Shown in pieces: positions 35,940-47,756 of a stretch of DNA of 64,000 bases. A model generated the notes under the pieces. That model was given only the letters and a program-made list of their open reading frames with translations. It made no database searches and was not told the origin of the DNA. Numbering within the stretch: position 1 is the first letter of the stretch; each line of letters starts with the position of its first letter. A program made the position numbers and the translations under genes. Source of the stretch: Cirrosporium novae-zelandiae (lineage: Eukaryota); contig JAPETS010000005.1 in assembly GCA_026023565.1 (NCBI GenBank), positions 806,001 to 870,000 of the forward strand, read 5' to 3'.

Positions 35940-37613
35940 TGAAAAATAGCTAACCTTCTACTTTGTTAGATTTCAAATGTCTACTGCTCGGCTATCTCTG
36001 CCCTTTCAAAACCCAAGTCTCTTCTTCAGCTCGCCCCCTTTTACGATAACAACGCCTGACTAAGGTGGCACTGCGGAGCTAAACAAACCATTCAGTGACT
36101 CTTTTTTCTGGGGAATTTTCTGGGGAAGGGAAATTGCATTTCTTACGCGCTGACTAGAATGAGTTTGTCGGTTTGTAGGTTTGCCTCGACCAAAAAAGCA
36201 CGAACAAGGACGTGCGGAGGAATTGCCCATGGGGGGATAAGGAAGCCACACTAAGATAGGCGTATAGTAACGATGGCGAACCGGCGATAATGACGAGGAA
36301 GGTTTTACAGTTATTGATGATGATTGAATATGACTGCATTGTGATTGGATTAATTTGTCACTACTGAGTAGATACGCGTTCAAAGATCTTGGGTTAATGA
36401 GGTCCGTCTTACCGGTTATTTATTTGGATGTAGGCCATCTCTGGTTGTATTTCCCTGGGGGTCTTCAGGGAAGTCAACCAAGGTAACACTCAACAAATGT
36501 CTACCACTCTAGCCTGTAATTTCCTCTGCAGCTAAGAGACTCTAGGGCTTTGCTGTCAGCCACTTGGCTCATTACATGGTCCCAAAAGGGAGTTAGGGCA
36601 ATTTGCCAAATGCAACCAGCTGAGAAGTGGCAACTATTTTTGGACGCGTTGAGGCAAAGGAACTGCCACATCGCCGAAAATTTGTCCAAAATTTGTCCAA
36701 AATAATGAAACAAGCCCCCCTTGGGATGCATCTCTCAGCCTTTTGATAGGCCATATCGATAAGGAGAATTACAAAAATCAAAACAACATAAATATTTCTT
36801 TTGAGTAGAAGGATGGTCATGAAGAAAATAATATCCCTCAAGTACCCCCGGACTGTCTCCTATTTACTCTTTCTCCCGGGATTAGAAATTGAGAGAGGAG
36901 TTGATTATGAATTGTTCAAAAGTTGTGCTGTACTCGTAGATGGTTTGGATGTAACAGAGTTACTGTGTGAGACTGCAAGGCAAAGAAGAAGAAGAATCAG
37001 GCAAATTGGCGGTCAGTCAGTGCATGTTTTGGGTACCATGCCATCCATCTGCACCCTGATTGATTCCATTTGGCTTCTTTTCCAACAGTGTAAGTACTCC
37101 CCTGTTTCGTGACTGGGTCTACTTCGAGACTACTACTATAGTACTTTGGAAGACTACTGGCATTGAATGAGTAGAACTCGCTCTTCGGAAAATCATCAAA
37201 GCTAAGCCACTTGAAGCAAAGTCAAACTCTTACCATCCTTGTCCTCCTATCAATTCGCCCACGACCACCCCGACTCGCTAAAAAAAATTTCTGCCTTCTT
37301 ATCGCTTTAAAAGAACTCTCTCCCTCCCCCCTCTCACATTCTTCTTCCTTCATCGCACTCCCCTCACACACTCTTGAGTTGGTTATTTGCCTTCGTCGGA
37401 GTTCAGTCTTTCCATTCATTAACGTGATAGACTAAAGCCACCATAGAACGGTTCTTGCGTGGAGAACGCACTTCCGTGGGCTTTTTACCTGAGATACCCT
37501 GATAGATCTTTTTATCTTTTCATTTTCGCCGCAATCGTCGCCTCAAGGCCATATCTCCCGTTTTCATCATTTTACCATCCAATAAAACCCTGTCTAATAT
37601 CAATAACGACAAA

Positions 37614-40600
37614 ATGCCTGCTATCGAAACAATGAACTCTGCCGTCAACACTGCGGCCGCTGCGAAGAAGGAGAATGCTCAAAGCACCAAGGTCCTGGAT
37701 GAGATGCTGAGCAAGCTCACTCTGTCCAAGAGCGCTGACGAGGTCAACGAGGCCACCAACAACATTGCTACTTTCATTAATGGTCCGATCGAACAGAATG
37801 ATGCTCCCACCCAGTAAGTGCTTGACCCGCCCTCACTTTGCGTGCTGTTTGATCCGACGCTGCTGCCTCACCATCTGGTCTGCTGTTCTTCGCCGCTAAC
37901 CAACGCTCGAGGAACAGGGCTGTTGCGGCTCTCAAGAAGCAACTGGCATCGAAAAAGGATGCGGGCGCGCGAGAACGGGCCTGCAATGCTATCCAAGCTA
38001 TCGCTGAACACTCTTCGGTATCACCTGCCGTTGAGCCTTACCTCGTCGAACTTCTCGGTCCCGCCCTCCATGCGGTCAGTGACAAGATGACACCCGTGAA
38101 GAATGCTGCCCAGAAGGCTTCCATTGCTGTCGTCAAAGCCATCAACGCCAACGCTGTCAAGGCCGTCCTACCTCCGATTATTGATTCCCTCCGAACTGCT
38201 CAAAAATGGCCCGAGAAGATGACTGGCCTGAAATGCATCGAAGCCCTCGTCGAATCTGCTCCCACTCAACTCTCATACCGTGTTCCAGATCTCATCCCAG
38301 TGGTCTCGGAATCGATGTGGGACACCAAGCCAGAGGTTAAGAAGGCTGCCTATCACACCATGGAGAAGGTCTGCAACTTGATTGTCAACAAGGATATCGA
38401 CAAGTTCATTCCGGAACTCATCAAATGTATCGCCAAGCCCCAAAATGTTCCCGAAACGGTCCATCTTCTCGGTGCTACTACCTTTGTGACTGATGTCCAC
38501 GAACCTACGCTGGCTATCATGGTCCCTCTGCTCGACCGAGGTCTTGTTGAGCGTGAGACTGCCATCAAGCGAAAATCGGCTGTGATCGTCGACAACATGT
38601 GCAAACTGGTCGAAGACCCCAACATTGTCGCCGCTTTCTTGCCAAAATTGATGCCGGCGCTGGAAAAGAACTATGAAACCCTCGCTGACCCTGAAGCTCG
38701 TGAAAAGACCAAGCAAGCCCTGGACACCCTTGTCCGTGTCGGCAATGTCAAGGATGGCAAGATTCCCGAGGTTTCTCGTGCGGGTGATGTCTCCACTGTT
38801 GTTGAGATCCTCAAGCAAATCCTCGCTCCCAAACATAAGAACGTCGTCGACAACTATGAACCAATCCTTGTTTACATCTCGGCCATTGCCGGTCAACTCA
38901 TTGACGAAAAGGATGACGATGTTACCAGCTGGACCGGAAACACTCTGCCATATGTCTCTGCAATCATCGGGAATGCTGAAGCGAAGCCTACTGCTGAAGC
39001 TCTCCGCAAGCGTGCTTCCCCCGGTGCTACCGAAGAGGATGAGTCTGAGGAAGATGAGGAAGAGGGCGAGGACCTCTGCAACTGCACATTCAACTTGGCC
39101 TACGGTGCTAAGATTCTGCTCAACCAAACCAACTTGCGGCTCAAGCGTGGTCACCGATATGGTCTTCTTGGCCCCAACGGTTCCGGTAAATCCACCCTGA
39201 TGCGGGCAATCAACAACGAACAAGTTGAAGGTTTCCCGAAGAAGGATGAGGTTAAGACCGTCTTCGTGGAACACGATCTGGACTCTGCGGATACTGAGAA
39301 GAGCACGATCGGTTGGACCATGGATAAGCTTGCAGATGCTGGCGTCACGACTTCGCGGGAGGACGTGGAGGACAAGCTCGTCGAATTCGGTTTCATTAAA
39401 TCCCTGCTTGAAAACCCCATCACCTCCCTCTCGGGTGGATGGAAGATGAAGCTTGCTCTCGCCCGTGCTGTCTTTGAGGAACCCGATATTCTCCTTCTTG
39501 ACGAACCTACCAACCATCTTGATGTCAAGAATGTTGCATGGCTCGAGCAGTACCTGATCGACTCCCCCTGCACCTCCATCATCGTCTCCCACGACAGCAA
39601 GTTCTTGGGCAATGTCATTCAACACGTCATCCACTACGAACGATTCAAGCTCAGAACTTACCACGGCAGCCTCGACAAATTTGTCCAGCGAGTGCCATCG
39701 GCCCGTTCGTACTACGAGCTCAGTGCGTCCGAAATGGAATTCAAGTTCCCTGAACCTGGTTTCCTGGAAGGGGTGAAGACCAAGGCCAAGGCCATCCTCC
39801 GTGCTACCAACATGTCTTTCCAATACCCTGGCACACCAAAGCCTCAAATTTCCGACATTACCTTCCAGTGCTCTCTTGGTTCTCGTATTGCTGTCATTGG
39901 CCCGAACGGTGCCGGCAAGTCTACTCTTGTCAATGTTCTTACTGGTGAATTGATTCCTACTACTGGTGAAATCTACCAACACGAGAATATCCGTATTGCC
40001 TACATCAAGCAGCACGCTTTTGCTCACATTGACCACCATCTCGACAAGACGCCCTCCGAATACATCCAATGGCGATTCCAAACTGGCGAGGACCGTGAAA
40101 CCATGGACCGTGCCAACAAGATTGTCACTGAGGAGGATGAGCACGCCATGAACAAAATCTACAAGGTCGAGGGTTCGCAAAGACGTGTCATTGGTATCCA
40201 CTCTCGAAGAAAGTTCAAGAACTCCTATGAATACGAATGTTCGTTCGCTCTTGGCGAGAACGTGGGTGACAAGAAGGAGAGATGGATTCCTATGATGACC
40301 GCTGACAACGCCTGGTTGCCTCGCACTGAACTACTCACCTCCCACGCCAAGATGGTGGCCGAAGTCGATCAGAAGGAAGCCCTTGCCAGTGGACAGTTCC
40401 GACCTCTCGTCCGAAAGGAAATCGAAGCCCACTGCTCACACTTTGGTCTGGATGCTGAATTGGTTTCTCACTCACGTATGCGTGGTCTCTCTGGTGGCCA
40501 GCGTGTGAAGGTTGTCCTTGCCGCCTGCTCCTGGCAACGACCTCACTTGATCGTTCTGGATGAACCTACCAACTATCTCGACCGTGATTCTCTTGGTGCG

Positions 40601-40983
40601 TTGTCCAAGGCGCTTAAGTCATTTGAGGGTGGTGTTATCATCATTACTCATTCGGCCGAGTTCACCAAGGACTTGACTGAGGAAGTGTGGGCTGTCATGG
40701 ACGGAAAGATGACTCCATCTGGACACAATTGGGTTGCTGTAAGTTTGAACTCTCGAAACCTATCACATGAAATGGATGCTAATATATTATACAGGGCCAA
40801 GGTTCAGGACCAAGATTGACCGAGAAGGGCGATGAGGAGGAACAATTTGATGCTATGGGCAACAAGATCGAGAAGACCAAGAAGAAGGCCAAGCTTACTT
40901 CCTCTGAAGCTCGTAAGAAGAAGAAGGAACGTATGGCCCGCAGAAAGAGGGGCGAGGAAGTCTTCTCCGATGAAGACGACTAG
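37614..40983 (+). CDS. TEF3: Translation elongation factor eEF3 (exons 37614-37813, 37918-40738, 40795-40983)
   Basis: HEAT-type N-terminus, two ABC cassettes ([22 protein letters not shown] and [22 protein letters not shown]), chromo-like insert, basic C-tail; strong codon bias. Confidence 0.98.
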
Positions 40984-41905
40984 ATTCGCTCGACCGCCAC
41001 TCTTTGTCTTTCGTTCGTGTTTCCTCGGGATAGCGTAAGGTTGGTTAATGAGGTTATGGGGTAATGCATGGGTGCATTTCTTTTTTACAATGATTTTGTT
41101 CTCATCAATCATTGCGCCAGGCGCTAGGGGAAATACCAGTGACCTGATTGAGCTGCAAAAAATAAAGGAACGGCGTATCAGGGTTTCATCTCAGATTTCG
41201 TTCTTTATCCCATGGTGGATTAGTGCGCAATATAGACTACTCTCCGGCAAGGCAATGAAAATGAATTTTTACAAAAAAGTAGACATCTAGCCTCCTGGAG
41301 TACTCTATACTCTGGGTTGGCTTACTAATTATAGCCTATCGCTGTGCATTCTCTACTGACCTTTTTGCACTCGATTCACTATATGAATTATCTCCACGCC
41401 TCAAAAAGATCTATGCAGTAATCGTTTAGCGTACACAATTCTGTGTCATTGATGTAGGACCCACGGAAACTTGCTCGGTCTTGAGGTTATATCATCAAAT
41501 GGTGACTTTAAACTCCAGTCTAAGCCATTTCTCTTCCAGGGTTTCGTATGCCAGCTCGCTCTGTCATCTAGTGCATCAACATGTTCTTCGTCTCGGGATT
41601 GAGAGAGCCGTGCATGTTGACCTGTACTCAACAGATTAAATTCGTAGATGTTTTTTCTTGTTTGGTTGGTTTGCACCAGTCCCGAGGAGATATGAAGTAA
41701 AAGTATGCATATAATTAGTTGATCGCAGATTGATTGCCTTGATACACGATCAGGAATATAAAATATGAGCAGATTCTGTAGGCGGGCTCCGGAGGACGTG
41801 GCACGAACCATCAGCTGATTCTGATGGTCGATAAAAGGTATATACGGAAGTACAAGTGATCCGGCTGGACAAAAATATATTCCATAGGAGCATTTAGGAT
41901 TGGCC

Positions 41906-43405
41906 ATGAAGATGAGTCGCCGAAGACTTCTCACGTTGTTCTCATTCTCTCTTCTTTTTCCAATCACTCTCATCCTCTACAATCGTCTGATGGCGAGCAA
42001 AACAGCCATGTTTACACCTTCGGTCTCGTTCAGCCGAGGCGCTATAGTTGTTGGCTCCGGGCTCGCGGGACTTTCCGCCGCCTCTCAGCTCGTTGCTCAC
42101 AACGTTCCTGTCCAACTCCTCGAAAGAGGACCCAAGCCTGGAGGTAATTCCATCAAAGCCTCCTCCGGTATCAATGGCGCCCCAACGAGGTTCCAGCCTA
42201 TTGCAGATTCCATCTTCTACGATGACACCATTCAGTCGGTGGGGTCGGTCATCAGCACCGAGCGTGAACAAAGACAACGCCTGGTTTCTACCTTGACCAA
42301 TTCCTCTGCAAGTGCCGTCTACTGGCTCGTCGACGAGAAAGAGATAGATCTCAGCAAGGTCGCCCAGCTGGGAGGACATAGTCTGCCCCGGACGCATCGA
42401 GGTGCGGGAAAAACACCTCCCGGTGCGGCCATCGTCACGACCCTATTGAACTCCCTCAAGTCGAGCCCGCTCTTCCATCTTAATACAGGATGCCTTGTCA
42501 CCAAGGTGTTGCATTCCGGAGCGGAGGTGAAGGGGGTTGAGTACACTTGTGAGGGGGAGACCAAGCAGCTGCAGGGCCCTGTGGTTTTCGCCAGCGGTGG
42601 ATTTGCGGGCGATGCCAAGGGGATGCTTGCAAAATACAGGCCGGATCTGGCGGGCTTCCCATCTACAAATGATCCCAGGGAGGGATCGCAGACACTCCTC
42701 ACGGAGATTGGAGCTCAGCTCCTGGATATGGACCTGGTACAGGTACATCCCACCGGCTTTGTGGACCCCAAGAGCCCCGAAACACCCGTCAAGTTTCTGG
42801 CGGCTGAGCTCTTGCGGGGTGAAGGTGGCCTCATGCTGCTTAATGGCAATAGATTTGTGAACGAGATGGAAACTAGACAACATATCACAGACACCATTCT
42901 CCGTACTCCTCCGACAGATTCCTTACCGCGTCAATGGACCGTCCAGCTTGTGCTTGACGAGGGGACATACAATGCCGCTGCTTCTCATATCGACTTCTAT
43001 GTTTGGAAAGGCTTAATGCGCAAGACGACGGTCTCAGAGCTCGGTTCCTCTGTGCTTCCCGTCATCCAAGAGTACGCCGATGCCGCCGCAGGGAAACAAG
43101 CTGACCAATTTGGTCGCAAGACTTTCGGTCATTGGACCCTGAAGGACGTAACACCAGAATCTGTCGTCTACACGGGCAGAGTCACGCCAGTTGTCCATTT
43201 CACCATGGGCGGTGTGATATTCAACGAGAACAGCGAGGTGCTCAACGCGGATGGCAAGCCCATCAAGGGCGTCTGGGCGGCTGGCGAAGTCACTGGTGGT
43301 ATCCACGGCGAGAATCGGCTGGGTGGTTCCTCGCTGCTGGAATGCGTCGTCTTTGGACGGATTGCTGGTGATCGGGCTGCCGCATTTTACCAAAGCAATG
43401 CTTAG
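41906..43405 (+). CDS. FAD-dependent fumarate reductase (Osm1/Frd1 flavocytochrome c family)
   Basis: Motifs IVVGSGLAGL, GGNSIKASSGING, LGGHSLPRTHRG, QVHPTGF, AELLRGEGG, HFTMGG, HGENRLGGSSLLECVVFG. Confidence 0.96.
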   Translation: MKMSRRRLLTLFSFSLLFPITLILYNRLMASKTAMFTPSVSFSRGAIVVGSGLAGLSAASQLVAHNVPVQLLERGPKPGGNSIKASSGINGAPTRFQPIADSIFYDDTIQSVGSVISTEREQRQRLVSTLTNSSASAVYWLVDEKEIDLSKVAQLGGHSLPRTHRGAGKTPPGAAIVTTLLNSLKSSPLFHLNTGCLVTKVLHSGAEVKGVEYTCEGETKQLQGPVVFASGGFAGDAKGMLAKYRPDLAGFPSTNDPREGSQTLLTEIGAQLLDMDLVQVHPTGFVDPKSPETPVKFLAAELLRGEGGLMLLNGNRFVNEMETRQHITDTILRTPPTDSLPRQWTVQLVLDEGTYNAAASHIDFYVWKGLMRKTTVSELGSSVLPVIQEYADAAAGKQADQFGRKTFGHWTLKDVTPESVVYTGRVTPVVHFTMGGVIFNENSEVLNADGKPIKGVWAAGEVTGGIHGENRLGGSSLLECVVFGRIAGDRAAAFYQSNA

Positions 43406-45658
43406 TGTTGTTCATGGTACCAAGTATTATATATATGCTATTTCCTATATTTTATTTAAACAAATGAATTCATCCTCGAGATGATGTCCACCAATTTGTT
43501 CCCTCCCACATCCATGTAGGACTACACGTTTGACCGAACAACAATTGACAATTATAGGAATCGATTAAGCAACCGCCGAACGTATTATTTCATGTTCCCG
43601 ATGTGATTTCCTGTGAGGAAAGGAATTTTGGTATAGGGCCCTGGTACGCATAAGAACCTAAACGAAACCGAAGAAGAAGAAAGGGCGGAAAAACAATATG
43701 CCATTCTTCTCCAACATATTCCGAACTCTCGTTCACCAGTCTCCGAGACAACCTGACTCTTACACAACGATCATTAGCAGACCCAGAGATTAAGCCCAAA
43801 TCTTGATATACAAATACTCCTTGTCTTGACTAGCACTTTTATAAATGAATGCTATCAGGAAATTATTTATTCATGTGACCGTGGTAAGTTACGTAGGCAC
43901 GTGAGTGCGCGTTTAGGGAGGAAGACCCTTTATCCACAATTATAACTACCTAGGTACAAATTCTCGCCCAATATGAGCGAGGCACAAGGCTAATTCAGCA
44001 CTCAGAATCCTCCTCCCCCACCCCCAGCATAGTAAATTAGCCCTCGGAGAACCACCACTATCTTGGATAATCGAAGGTAACCCTCGGTTTAGCCATAACG
44101 CCGCATGCATCCTATCTCCATAAGGCTGAACGCGGCTTCATTGGTGGAGAAGAGAAAAATCTCGAAAAGCTAATGGGAAATTAAACTTTAAGTGTCCTTG
44201 CGCGGCAGGTATCGGAGATCTCTTTCATCTTGTTCTCCAGCCAAGGTGGAGACGATCCGGTGAACTGGTCCCACAATGTCATCATATTCCTCTCATTTGT
44301 TGAAGCGGGGGGATCAAATGAGGATTCAACATTGTGGCGATTGAGTGTGCGTCAAGACCTTCGGGGCTTTTCTGGGCCAACTCAAGCTCCTCTTCTATCA
44401 ATTTCCAGAAACCTTGGAAACGCCTAACATTGATATCCTTTTAAAATATAGGTGTGGAACGGTACACCAAAAAACTATTCCTCCGCGTAGTCTAGCTGAG
44501 TAGCATTCGCTAGCAACGAGAGGGCTGCCTGCTGTGCTACCGGAAAAATCCCCAGATATTTCGAACCCTCTCCAACCATTCCCAAACATTGCTGCCTAAC
44601 CCCATCTACGCCACAATCATAGCCATTTCTCCAGTACCTCGTACGCATCAAAAGGTATGTCATCCCCCGCACGAATGAACCATCGAGATCTCGTTTTATC
44701 ATGTTTGCTTGTCTATCTCACCCCCTCTTTCCGGAAATTGGCGAACTCTTGCCTTTCAGCTTGCCAACTCTTCGTTCTTGGTGGTTCCTCTTCGCCTTAT
44801 TTCTTCCCTTGTGTACCCTCAGATGCAAAGACATGCAAAACCTCCCCAGTCATTAAATCAACAGGTGCCAATGAGAACCGTTATACATGGAATATAAAAG
44901 TCATTTGAAATAAGCTAATGCAGCTATAATAATGATAATGATACTAACCCCTTGGGGTGAGAATTACATTGTTATTAAGTGTTAGATGCAAGCCCTAACC
45001 GATTTGTGTTTCTTTCGTTGAATCGTTCGCTATCACTGGTTATTACGACGGTAATGTTGACGTACTTAAACGGTAGGTATATGGATTTTCTTTGCGCGTT
45101 TCGTGAAAGGCTGGAAGAGTCACTAATAGGGCAATATGGGGCCTAAAAATTTTGCAAGATCTGGTGCCCGAACAAGAAACCGTAGTATTCCCTGGTTCTT
45201 ATGATAGTATCCCCTTCAGATGCACGAAGCCTGGGCTAAGGCGAGTGCAATGGCTGAGAAGGATGGTAGGCCATACCTAACCTCAGGTGTGGTTCTGAAG
45301 CCTTATAAGAAGGCCAGTGAATCTGTTGAGAAAGAGAGTGATATTCACCAAAATTCACTATTCACAAGCTCTATCACTGTACAGAACATCTACCTATTAC
45401 CCGAATAGTAGGTTTAGTGACACTCGCCACTTCAGAAGATAAGCGCCTGCCCCGCCATGCGAGCGCGTAGAATCGGAATGACGTTCGATTTGATGGTTTT
45501 AGCGCCAATACCGCTGCACTGGTAATCACGTGAGCCACGTTGGACATAACATCCTTAAATATCATCACTCCCTTGCTAAAGACACTTCGTTAAGTTAATG
45601 TTTTCTTTTCTCTGTAAACTTGCATTCTGTCAGTTCCTAGTCTGAAGTCTTTCGCAGC

Positions 45659-46606
45659 ATGGCTAAAACTCTACTACCACGATTTCTAATGCCCGACTTT
45701 ACTTGGCCACTACGAAAGCCTGTACCTCTGGTGCCTGAGATCCCGCCGACTCCTAAGCCAACATATTCTGTTGTGCAGAGGTTTTGGGGCTTTGTTCACT
45801 GGTACTTACAAACCATCTCCATGAAATATTGCGATTGGTTTGGGATACCCTACAACAACCAAATCAATCAACTTCCTTTCGGTCTGATCCTGAAATGGTC
45901 CGATGGCACGCGGCTAGAAGAGGTTCTGGCTACTAAGGCTATGTATAAGGCTGGGTTTCCGGTACCAAGAATTATCACCTATGGATCTCATCCTGATAGC
46001 CCACATGCCCCAATGTCGATCCTTATGACTCGCATCCCTGGCCAGCAGTTGGGACAAGTCTATAAGACAATGAACAGTACAGATAAGGAAACCGTCAGGT
46101 CAGAAATGAAAACTTATCTCGACACGATGCGCAAGTGGAAAAGTCCTTGGGGTGGCAACCGCATCTGCTCCATCTCAGGCACTGCGATCCGAAGCGTACG
46201 CGTACCAAATCACAGAGTAGGACCTTGTGAAAATCAGCAGGAGCTTTTTAATTACCTGATTAGTCCGGCCTGGGCTAGTCGATTCAAATCGAAAGCCAAG
46301 TATCAGGAGCTACTCGCAAAGGCGAAACAGATTTCTTCGATACAGGCACACAAAATCGTGTTTACGCATGGCGATCTCAAACATCATAACATTTTGGTCG
46401 ACAAAGGCCATGTTACTGGATTTATTGATTGGGAATCTGCCGGATGGTATCCCGATTATTGGGATTTTACCACGGGCATGAGAGTTAGTCGGAAAGGATC
46501 CTGGTGGCATGATTTTGTGATTACTCTTGGAGGGGACAAGTACCCGGGAGAGTTCGAGGCAGATAGAGCTCTTAATTCTCTCACCGTTGAATCGTATGCT
46601 TGGTGA
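45659..46606 (+). CDS. Aminoglycoside phosphotransferase (APH)-family kinase-like protein
   Basis: Motifs LPFGLILK, PVPRII, ILMTRIPG, FTHGDLKHHNILV, IDWESAGWYPDYW. Confidence 0.93.
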   Translation: MAKTLLPRFLMPDFTWPLRKPVPLVPEIPPTPKPTYSVVQRFWGFVHWYLQTISMKYCDWFGIPYNNQINQLPFGLILKWSDGTRLEEVLATKAMYKAGFPVPRIITYGSHPDSPHAPMSILMTRIPGQQLGQVYKTMNSTDKETVRSEMKTYLDTMRKWKSPWGGNRICSISGTAIRSVRVPNHRVGPCENQQELFNYLISPAWASRFKSKAKYQELLAKAKQISSIQAHKIVFTHGDLKHHNILVDKGHVTGFIDWESAGWYPDYWDFTTGMRVSRKGSWWHDFVITLGGDKYPGEFEADRALNSLTVESYAW

Positions 46607-47756
46607 CTTTCCTGCAACGTCATTCAGATAAATCAATCTCGAATATGATAACCTCTTGAGATGGTGCCGATAAGCTTATGAGTGTCTTGCTTATTTTCTC
46701 CGTATTTTCTTTCTTTCTACTCCCCCCTTCAACTATGGTAGTGGTAGGAGATCATTGCACGTTTATAGAAATACCAAAACTCTTCGATCTTATGAAGAAA
46801 GAATAAGGTAAGAATAGGAAGCCCAGTTGAATGGTCACGCAGATATTTCTTTTTCTTCTGACGCACATGATGATGGTGAAATCAGTTCTATTGGCTGGTT
46901 AGATACTCGCATGGTTTATTTATCTTCTTCTCATCTTTCTCTTACATTCAACGAGATTAGTTAGCTACGAAAACTGGAAGCGTCAATAGGGATGAATCAT
47001 CTACGTACCTACATACAACTTATACCGGAACAAAAGAAAATAATGATAAGATGATGATAGATTGGTATAAGGATGTAATCATTTAGAATCCTTCCATAGC
47101 ATGTTCGAAATCTCTAGGTTTCCCACAATACAAAGGGGGTTACCCCCATGAATGGCTAAAAGTCTACCGACAACTTACTCGAGTAGTGATTATGCATGCT
47201 AACTAGATTGATAGTAGTAAAGGTTTATGATCTACCTCCACTAACTAGACTATATTAAGCTGCGCATCATGCTCAATAAGCTCTGCAACTATTTCCAGTT
47301 TTTCCTTCTGTGTAGCGTACATTAAAGGGATTCAAATAATGTCACTAGTGATGCCTATGAATTTCTCCGGGTTTAATTACCGCCTTTACAGTCACACTAA
47401 TAATATTGTGGCGGAATATTTTTTGTTTTTGAATAATTGATGAACGTAAGACGTTGTGCTAAGTTTAATTTAATTTAACCCCTGCAGCCTAGCTGCCGTT
47501 ACTCAAATACAGGCTCAACCCCGGAAACGAAACCTAGAAGTTTGATTTAAACGATATACGATATACGATACCGACACCGAATCCTGCCCTAACTAATATC
47601 AAGGAAACCCCACCCCTCTTTTTTTTTCAGTATTGAAGACTTCTTTCACTCCCAGGTGTAAAAATGGCCGTAAAGAGGGGGAAAAAAAAATCGAGCTGTC
47701 TATCTGGGCGTCGCTACAATTAGCACAACCACCACATTCATTCTATATAATCTAAC

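Noticed and set aside
34600..37200. Telomerase RNA, SRP RNA, RNase P/MRP or snR30 as the identity of the structured region
   Set aside because: No TAACCCTAA-type template (only CCCTAACT and TAACCCAA), and no convincing SRP helix 8, P4 or m1/m2 motifs.
38273..40201. 642-aa antisense ORF inside eEF3 (and similar antisense ORFs in the fumarate reductase and GYF genes)
   Set aside because: Mirror-frame artefact of strong codon bias in the sense gene; no recognisable motifs.
44200..44900. Short ORFs that might be a gene relic
   Set aside because: No recognisable family motifs or consistent exon structure.
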